NCBI RefSeq assembly: GCF_001457615.1 | Contig: NZ_LN831024.1 | Coordinates: forward strand, 2,910,001 to 2,942,000 | Source: Pseudomonas aeruginosa | Lineage (GTDB): Bacteria; Pseudomonadota; Gammaproteobacteria; Pseudomonadales; Pseudomonadaceae | DNA length: 32,000 nt | Reading direction: 5' to 3' | Part shown: in pieces, positions 26,216 through 32,000 of the stretch | Position numbering within the stretch: the stretch's first letter is position 1 | Layout of the letters: each line of letters starts with the position of its first letter | Notes under the pieces: generated by a model | Told to the model about the DNA's origin: nothing | The model's database searches: none | The model's input: the letters and a program-made list of their open reading frames with translations, nothing else | Position numbers and translations under genes: made by a program

Positions 26216-26848
26216 TCAGTCCAGGCGCTCCGGGTAGGTCATCACCAGGTACGCCAGGGCTTCGCTATCGGCGGGGTTGCGGTAGCTGTGCGGCTGGTCG
26301 GCGTAGAACAGGATCGAGTCGCCGGTGGCGAGCAGGAAACGCTCTTCGTTGACCCGCACTTCCAGTACCCCCTGCGCCACCACCAGGTTCTCCTGGGTGC
26401 CGGGGGCGTGGGCCTCGGCGTCTTCCTGGCCGAGGCCGCGCAGGCGCAGTTCGTAGAACTCCACCTGGCGCGCCACATCGAAGGGGAACAGCGCGCGGCT
26501 GGTGAAGGCGCCGTCGGCGCTGACCAGGCGCTTGCTCTGTTGCGCCGGCAGCACGGCGACGCCGGCGAAGGCGCGATCGTCGAGGAAGGCTGCCACCGAC
26601 ACCTTGAGACCCTGGGCGATCTTGCACAGCACCTTGATCGACGGCACGCTGCGCCCGGACTCGATCTGCGCCAGCATCGCCCGGCTGACACCGGAAATCC
26701 GCGCCAGGGCGTCCAGCGAGAGATTGCGCTTGCCGCGCAGGCGCAGCAGGTTGTGGGCGACGCGCTGGCCAATCAGATCATCGGGTTCGGTATGCACGCC
26801 GGCGGCCAGTTCCAGGTGGGCAACGCCATCGCTGGCGGGCAGGTTCAT
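26216..26848 (-). CDS. XRE-family regulator with C-terminal cupin domain
   Basis: IGQRVAHNLLRLRGKRNLSLDALARISGVSRAMLAQIESGRSVPSIKVLCKIAQGLKVSVAAF HTH; FLLATGDSILFYADQPHSYRNPADSEALAYLVMTYPERLD cupin. Confidence 0.92.
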   Translation of the reverse strand: MNLPASDGVAHLELAAGVHTEPDDLIGQRVAHNLLRLRGKRNLSLDALARISGVSRAMLAQIESGRSVPSIKVLCKIAQGLKVSVAAFLDDRAFAGVAVLPAQQSKRLVSADGAFTSRALFPFDVARQVEFYELRLRGLGQEDAEAHAPGTQENLVVAQGVLEVRVNEERFLLATGDSILFYADQPHSYRNPADSEALAYLVMTYPERLD

Positions 26849-26851
26849 CGG

Positions 26852-27010
26852 TCAGGCCCGGCGGCTGCGCTCGTCGTGCCTGGCTGGCGGTTGCGGCACG
26901 GCGTAGCCGGCCCGCCAGGCGTACACCGCCCACATCATTTCGCCCAGGCGGCGTGCCTGGCGGCGCGAGCGGTAGCGGGCGAAATCGATGACGTTGTCGG
27001 TGCGGTCCAT
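26852..27010 (-). CDS. Small basic hypothetical protein, 52 aa
   Basis: MDRTDNVIDFARYRSRRQARRLGEMMWAVYAWRAGYAVPQPPARHDERSRRA* with GAGGAATGCCTC before ATG 27010; 3 bp upstream of the XRE-cupin gene. Track gives the longer 26852..27073. Confidence 0.65.
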   Translation of the reverse strand: MDRTDNVIDFARYRSRRQARRLGEMMWAVYAWRAGYAVPQPPARHDERSRRA

Positions 27011-27299
27011 GAGGCATTCCTCGGGCGGCGGGTTCGATGGCAGCCAGACTATCCCTTCGCCGCTTAGAGCCATAAATACTAAGTTTTTATTTATTAATTC
27101 ACTTTTGTGCTTACAAGGAACGCCGAACCGTACGGAGCAGCATATTTATATTCTTTAAAGATATTTAAATTAATTTTCTTATTCCAATAAATTAAAGACT
27201 CTCGCGTACCTGCCGACCAATCGGCGCGCCGCACCGAATCCATGCCGCCTTGCGCGGTATCTCGTGCCTGGCGTGTCCGGGCTTGCGTGGGAGTCAGCG

Positions 27300-28187
27300 A
27301 TGTCCGTTTCCCTTCCGGCGCCAGCGCGCGCCGACGTTCCTTTGCAGATCCGTGCCCTCGATGCCGCATTCGGCGCCGAGGTGCTCGGCCTCGACCTCGG
27401 GTTGCCCCTGGCCGCCGAGGACTTCCGCCGTATCCACCGGGCGCACCTGGACCACCATGTGCTGGTGTTCCGCGAGCAGCGCATCACCCCGGCGCAGCAG
27501 ATCGCCTTCAGCCGGCGCTTCGGTGAGTTGCAGATCCATGTGCTGAAGCAGTTCCTGCTCCCAGGGCATCCGGAGATCCTCATCGTTTCCAACATCGTCG
27601 AGAACGGCCAGCCCATCGGTCTCGGCGATGCCGGCAAGTTCTGGCACTCCGACCTTTCCTATAAGGAGCTGCCGAGCCTCGGCTCGATGCTGCATGCCCA
27701 GGAGCTGCCGGAGGAGGGCGGCGATACTCTGTTCGCCGACATGCACAAGGCCTGGGACAGCCTGCCGGAAGCCCTGCGCAAGGCCATCGAGGGACGCACG
27801 GCGGCGCATTCCTATACCGCCCGCTACAGCGAACCGCGCTTCGAGGGCAACTGGCGGCCGACCCTGAGCGCCGCCCAGCTCGCCGAGGTGCGCGAAGTGG
27901 TCCATCCGATCGTGCGCACCCACCCGGAAAGTGGGCGCAAGGGGCTGTTCGTCAGCGAAGGTTTCACCACCCGCATCGTCGGCCTGCCGGCCGACGAGAG
28001 CGCCCAACTGCTCGCCGAGCTGTATGCGCACAGCGTGCGCCCCGAGCACATCTACCGGCATCGCTGGCAGGCGCATGACCTGGTGTTCTGGGACAACCGC
28101 TCGCTGATCCATCTCGCCGGCGGTTGCCCGGCCCACCTGCGGCGCAAGCTCTACCGCACCACCATCCAGGGCGACGCGCCGTTCTGA
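27300..28187 (+). CDS. TauD/TfdA-family alpha-ketoglutarate-dependent dioxygenase
   Basis: LDAAFGAEVLGLDLGLPLAAEDFRRIHRAHLDHHVLVFREQRITPAQQIAFSRRFG; iron-ligand HxD in KFWHSDLSYKELPS; HRWQAHDLVFWDNRSLIH. Confidence 0.93.
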   Translation: MSVSLPAPARADVPLQIRALDAAFGAEVLGLDLGLPLAAEDFRRIHRAHLDHHVLVFREQRITPAQQIAFSRRFGELQIHVLKQFLLPGHPEILIVSNIVENGQPIGLGDAGKFWHSDLSYKELPSLGSMLHAQELPEEGGDTLFADMHKAWDSLPEALRKAIEGRTAAHSYTARYSEPRFEGNWRPTLSAAQLAEVREVVHPIVRTHPESGRKGLFVSEGFTTRIVGLPADESAQLLAELYAHSVRPEHIYRHRWQAHDLVFWDNRSLIHLAGGCPAHLRRKLYRTTIQGDAPF

Positions 28188-28227
28188 CGACGGCACGCGC
28201 TTCCCCCTTTTCGCCAGGAGCGTTTCC

Positions 28228-29250
28228 ATGAACCGCATTCCCCGTTTCACCCGCCTGGTCGCCGCGCTCGGCCTGGGCCTGAGCCTCGCCACCACGCTGC
28301 TGGCCAGCCGGCCGGCGCAGGCCGAGGGCGAGATCCGCATCGCCGAGCAGTTCGGCATCGTCTACCTGCTGCTCAACGTGGTCCGCGACCAGCGCCTGAT
28401 CGAAAAGCACGGCCAGGCCGAGGGCCTGCAAATCAAGGTCGACTGGACCCAACTGTCCGGCGGCGCGGCGGTCAACGATGCGCTGCTGTCCGGGGCGATC
28501 GATATCGCCGGTGCCGGCGTCGGTCCGCTGCTGACCATCTGGGACCGTACCCGCGGGCGCCAGAACGTCAAGGCGGTGGCTTCGCTGGGCAACTTCCCCT
28601 ACTACCTGCTGAGCAACGACCCGCGGGTCAGGAGCATCGCCGACTTCGGCGCCGGGGATCGCATCGCCGTGCCGGCGGTGGGGGTTTCGGTGCAGTCGCG
28701 CTTCCTCCAGTACGCCGCGGCGAAGCAGTGGGGCGACAAGCAGTTCGACCGCCTCGACAAGTACACCGTGGCGCTGCCGCATCCGGACGCCACCGCCGCG
28801 CTGGTGGCCGGCGGCACCGAGCTGACCGGGCATTTCTCCAACCCGCCGTTCCAGGACCAGGCGCTGGCCAACCCGAAGGTCCACGTGGTGCTCGACAGCT
28901 ACGAGCTGCTGGGGCCGAATTCGCCGACCGTGCTGTTCGCCACGGAGAAGTTCCGCCAGGACAACCCGAAGACCTACCGGGCCTTCGTCGAGGCGCTGAA
29001 GGAAGCGGCGGCCTTCGCCCAGAACGACAAGGCGGCCGCCGCCGATACCTATATCCGGGTGACCGGGGCGAAGATCGACCGAGCCGCGCTGCTGAAGATC
29101 ATCGCCAATCCGCAGGTGGAGTTCAGCGTCACGCCGAAGAACACCTATCCGCTGGCGGAGTTTCTCTACCGGGTCGGTGCGATCCGCAACAAGCCGGCCT
29201 CCTGGCAGGACTATTTCTTCCAGGACGGCGCGCCGTTGCAGGGGAGTTGA
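28228..29250 (+). CDS. ABC transporter substrate-binding protein (SsuA/TauA-like)
   Basis: Signal peptide MNRIPRFTRLVAALGLGLSLATTLLASRPAQAEG, then IRIAEQFGIVYLLLNVVRDQRLIEKHGQAEGL...LLSGAIDIAGAGVGPLL. Confidence 0.92.
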   Translation: MNRIPRFTRLVAALGLGLSLATTLLASRPAQAEGEIRIAEQFGIVYLLLNVVRDQRLIEKHGQAEGLQIKVDWTQLSGGAAVNDALLSGAIDIAGAGVGPLLTIWDRTRGRQNVKAVASLGNFPYYLLSNDPRVRSIADFGAGDRIAVPAVGVSVQSRFLQYAAAKQWGDKQFDRLDKYTVALPHPDATAALVAGGTELTGHFSNPPFQDQALANPKVHVVLDSYELLGPNSPTVLFATEKFRQDNPKTYRAFVEALKEAAAFAQNDKAAAADTYIRVTGAKIDRAALLKIIANPQVEFSVTPKNTYPLAEFLYRVGAIRNKPASWQDYFFQDGAPLQGS

Positions 29251-29257
29251 GACGCCG

Positions 29258-30106
29258 ATGAACGCCGCCTCCCGCCAACCTTCCACGCTCCCCGCCGACG
29301 CCCTGCTGGCGGTGGACGGAGTCAGCCTCGAATACCGCACCCGCTCGCGCGTGGTGCGGGCCACCCAGCGGGTCAGCTTCGAAGTCGACCCGGCCGATCG
29401 CTTCGTCCTGCTCGGCCCGTCCGGTTGCGGCAAGTCGACCCTGCTCAAGGCGGTGGCCGGCTTCATCACGCCCAGCGAGGGCGAGATCCGCCTTCAGGGA
29501 CAGGCGGTCAGGGCGCCCGGCCCCGACCGTATCGTGGTGTTCCAGGAGTTCGACCAGTTGCCGCCATGGAAGACCGTACGGCAGAACGTGCTGTTCCCCT
29601 TGCGGGTGTCCGGCCAGGTGACGCGCGACGAGGCCGAGCGACGCGCCGACGAATGCCTCGAGAAGGTCGGCCTGGCGGGCTTCGCCGAGGCCTACCCGCA
29701 CACGCTGTCCGGGGGCATGAAGGCGCGGGTGGCGATCGCCCGGGCGCTGGCGATGCAGCCGAAGATCCTGCTGATGGACGAGCCGTTCGCCGCGCTGGAC
29801 GCGCTGACCCGGCGAAAGATGCAGGAAGAACTGCTGCGCCTGTGGGAAGAGGTGCGTTTCACCCTGCTGTTCGTCACCCACTCCATCGAGGAGGCGTTGG
29901 TGGTGGGCAACCGCATCCTGCTGCTCTCGCCGCACCCGGGGCGGGTCCGGGCCGAAGTGCACGGCCACCCGTTCGGGCTGCACAGCCTTGGCGGCGAGCC
30001 GCTGCAAGCCGCGGCGCGACGCATCCACCGCTTGCTGTTCGACGAGGGCGGCGAACCGACGGCGGCCGCGACCCTCGACTTCGCCGATATCCGGCTGGCC
30101 CATTGA
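29258..30106 (+). CDS. ABC transporter ATP-binding protein (SsuB/TauB-like)
   Basis: Walker A LLGPSGCGKSTLLK, signature LSGGMKARVAIARA, Walker B ILLMDEPFAALD, VTHS. Confidence 0.94.
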   Translation: MNAASRQPSTLPADALLAVDGVSLEYRTRSRVVRATQRVSFEVDPADRFVLLGPSGCGKSTLLKAVAGFITPSEGEIRLQGQAVRAPGPDRIVVFQEFDQLPPWKTVRQNVLFPLRVSGQVTRDEAERRADECLEKVGLAGFAEAYPHTLSGGMKARVAIARALAMQPKILLMDEPFAALDALTRRKMQEELLRLWEEVRFTLLFVTHSIEEALVVGNRILLLSPHPGRVRAEVHGHPFGLHSLGGEPLQAAARRIHRLLFDEGGEPTAAATLDFADIRLAH

Positions 30107-30122
30107 GCAGAGGAATCGATCG

Positions 30123-30989
30123 ATGAGTCGAGTCACGCGCGTTCGCGAAGAATACGAAGTCCAGCTCGAACCCCTGCTGGAGGTCTCCCTGGAGCGGCGC
30201 CTGCCCCTGAGCCAGCGTCTCTGGCAACAGGGCTGGCTGCGCAAGGGGCTGATCCTGGCGCTGCTGGCGCTGGCCTGGGAGCTGGCGGCGCGGGTCCAGG
30301 GCAACGACCTGCTGCTGCCAGGCTTCCTGCAGACGGCCAGGGCCCTCGGCGAGGGCCTGGCCAGCGGCGAACTGCCGGCCAAGGCGGGGATCTCCCTGCT
30401 GGTGCTGTTCAAGGGCTACCTGCTGGGGATCGTCCTGGCCTTCGTTCTGACCAGCCTGGCGGTCTCCACGCAGTTGGGCCGCGACCTGCTCGGGACCCTC
30501 ACGGCGATGTTCAACCCGCTGCCGGCGATCGCGCTGCTGCCGCTGGCGCTGCTCTGGTTCGGCCTGGGCCAGAACAGCCTGATCTTCGTGCTGGTGCATT
30601 CGGTGCTCTGGGCGCTGGCGCTGAACACCTATGCCGGTTTCCTCGGTGTCTCGGAGACCCTGCGTATGGCAGGGCGCAACTACGGCCTGCGTGGCCTGCG
30701 CTTCGTCCTCCTGATCCTGGTGCCGGCGGCGCTGCCGTCGATTCTCGCCGGGCTGAAGATCGGCTGGGCCTTCGCCTGGCGCACGCTGATCGCCGCGGAA
30801 CTGGTGTTCGGCGCGAGCAGCGGCAAGGGCGGGCTCGGCTGGTACATTTTCCAGAACCGCAACGAGCTGTACACCGACAAGGTATTCGCCGGCCTGGCCG
30901 TGGTGGTGCTGATCGGCCTGCTGGTGGAGAACCTGGTGTTCGGCAGCATCGAGCGCCTCACGGTGAAGCGCTGGGGAGTGCAACGCTAG
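30123..30989 (+). CDS. ABC transporter permease (SsuC/TauC-like)
   Basis: LLVLFKGYLLGIVLAFVLTSLAV...FNPLPAIALLPLALLWFGLGQNSLIFVLVHSVLWALALNTYAGF. ATG 30123 is in frame in track ORF 29988..30989. Confidence 0.92.
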   Translation: MSRVTRVREEYEVQLEPLLEVSLERRLPLSQRLWQQGWLRKGLILALLALAWELAARVQGNDLLLPGFLQTARALGEGLASGELPAKAGISLLVLFKGYLLGIVLAFVLTSLAVSTQLGRDLLGTLTAMFNPLPAIALLPLALLWFGLGQNSLIFVLVHSVLWALALNTYAGFLGVSETLRMAGRNYGLRGLRFVLLILVPAALPSILAGLKIGWAFAWRTLIAAELVFGASSGKGGLGWYIFQNRNELYTDKVFAGLAVVVLIGLLVENLVFGSIERLTVKRWGVQR

Positions 30990-31098
30990 GGCGGCGGACG
31001 GGTGGAGTGTTACGGCAACTTTCTCGGCAACTGTTGCGCTGGCGCGGCGGCAAAGCGGAGTAACGTCTTGCCCGCACCCACTTCAAAGGATGGAACGA

Positions 31099-31716
31099 AT
31101 GTCGCTCTCCGTGGATCTGCTGCTGGCGTTCTCCCTGTTCGCCTTCGTCACCTCCGTCACGCCCGGTCCGAACAACACCATGTTGCTGGCCTCGGGGGTC
31201 AACTTCGGTTTCGTCCGCTCCATCCCGCACATCCTCGGGATCAGTTGCGGCTTCTTCATCATGGTGATGGCGGTGGGCTTCGGCCTGGGCACGGTGTTCG
31301 AGGCCTATCCGGTGCTGTACACCATCCTGCGCTACGTCGGCGCGGCCTACCTGCTGTACCTGGCCTGGAAGATCGCCACGTCCGGCCCGGCCGGCAACGA
31401 CCCGGAGGGACGTGGCAAGCCGTTGAGCTACTGGGGCGCGGCGGCGTTCCAGTGGGTCAACCCGAAGGCCTGGGTGATGGCGGTCGGCGCCATAAGCACC
31501 TATACGCCGTTGCAGGGCTACTTCACCAACGTGGTGGTGATCTCGACGGTATTTGCCCTGATCAACGCGCCGACCATCGGAATCTGGGCCGGTTTCGGCA
31601 GCATGCTGCGCAACGTGCTGCGCGATCCGCGCTGGCTGAGGGTGTTCAACGTAGGGATGGCGCTGCTGTTGGTCGCGTCGCTGTACCCGATCCTCGCGGA
31701 AAGCCATTCGGCCTGA
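31099..31716 (+). CDS. ambA: LysE/RhtB-family exporter, first gene of the AMB cluster
   Basis: MSLSVDLLLAFSLFAFVTSVTPGPNNTMLLASGVNFGFVRSIPHILGISCGFF is a LysE family signature; followed by an ORF consistent with ambB; AAAGGA precedes ATG 31099. Confidence 0.85.
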   Translation: MSLSVDLLLAFSLFAFVTSVTPGPNNTMLLASGVNFGFVRSIPHILGISCGFFIMVMAVGFGLGTVFEAYPVLYTILRYVGAAYLLYLAWKIATSGPAGNDPEGRGKPLSYWGAAAFQWVNPKAWVMAVGAISTYTPLQGYFTNVVVISTVFALINAPTIGIWAGFGSMLRNVLRDPRWLRVFNVGMALLLVASLYPILAESHSA

Positions 31717-31811
31717 CCTGTCACCACCCTATCAATTGTATTAGCTCGTAACTCGTCGCCATTTCGTGAAGAGTTTTTCGCTCGGTGCCCAGCCTCGGAA
31801 GGGGGAGAGCG

Positions 31812-32000
31812 ATGCAGGAGCGACATGGCTTACCGTTACGCAGCTTTTCGTCGGGCAAGGCGCTGACCGCGGGACGCGCAGTGCGCCCGGAGGTTGCGCA
31901 GGAGCGGCGCTACCTGCAAGGCGCCCCGCTGGGGCTGGAGTTGCCGGGACGAATCGCCTTGCGCGACCCGCATTGCGCCTGGCAATGGTTCGAGCCGGAG
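31812..32000 (+). CDS. ambB: N-terminus of AmbB, non-ribosomal peptide synthetase (truncated by window end)
   Basis: Open frame from ATG 31812 to the edge: MQERHGLPLRSFSSGKALTAGRAVRPEVAQERRYLQGAPLGLELPGRIALRDPHCAWQWFEPE. Assignment relies on synteny with ambA; no NRPS motif is visible yet. Confidence 0.65.
   Translation, partial: MQERHGLPLRSFSSGKALTAGRAVRPEVAQERRYLQGAPLGLELPGRIALRDPHCAWQWFEPE

Noticed and set aside
31021-31037. GCAAC-T-GTTGC mini-palindrome and repeated CGGCAACT upstream of ambA
   Set aside because: Arms are only 5 bp; too short to claim as an operator, although it lies in the ambA leader/promoter region.
1-32000. CRISPR array, tRNA/rRNA, phage or IS element
   Set aside because: No regularly spaced direct repeats, no tRNA/rRNA-like sequence, and no transposase, integrase or capsid motifs noticed in the translated ORFs. 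Only REP-like intergenic repeats were found.

Overview
GC-rich chromosomal window whose gene content and order match the Pseudomonas aeruginosa PAO1 region I recall as PA2335 to PA2305 (inference from memory; no search was run). Order: (i) a TonB-dependent receptor (-), LysR regulator, Cys-type sulfatase and AraC regulator (-); (ii) an AhpD-like protein, acyl-CoA-dehydrogenase-like protein, ABC importer (ATPase, Tat-like substrate-binding protein, permease), FMN-dependent monooxygenase and two SfnB/DszC-like flavoproteins (-), which looks like organosulfur acquisition; (iii) a gluconate block of GapN-like aldehyde dehydrogenase, a 47-aa ORF, gluconate permease, gluconokinase and gntR, with three GntR-like TAGCGCT/CAGCGCT boxes; (iv) an intergenic repeat patch, cupin, FAD amine oxidoreductase and LysR regulator; (v) a serine beta-lactamase-like protein and MFS transporter; (vi) a very Met/Cys-rich small protein with an internal duplication; (vii) an XRE-cupin regulator and 52-aa ORF; (viii) a TauD-like dioxygenase and a second ABC importer; (ix) the start of the amb (L-2-amino-4-methoxy-trans-3-butenoate) cluster: ambA and the 5' end of ambB. 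The most novel-looking item is the 167-aa protein at 25637..26140, with about 66 Met and 15 Cys by hand count. I found no CRISPR array, rRNA, tRNA or clear mobile element. Most other long ORFs in the track are high-GC shadow frames.
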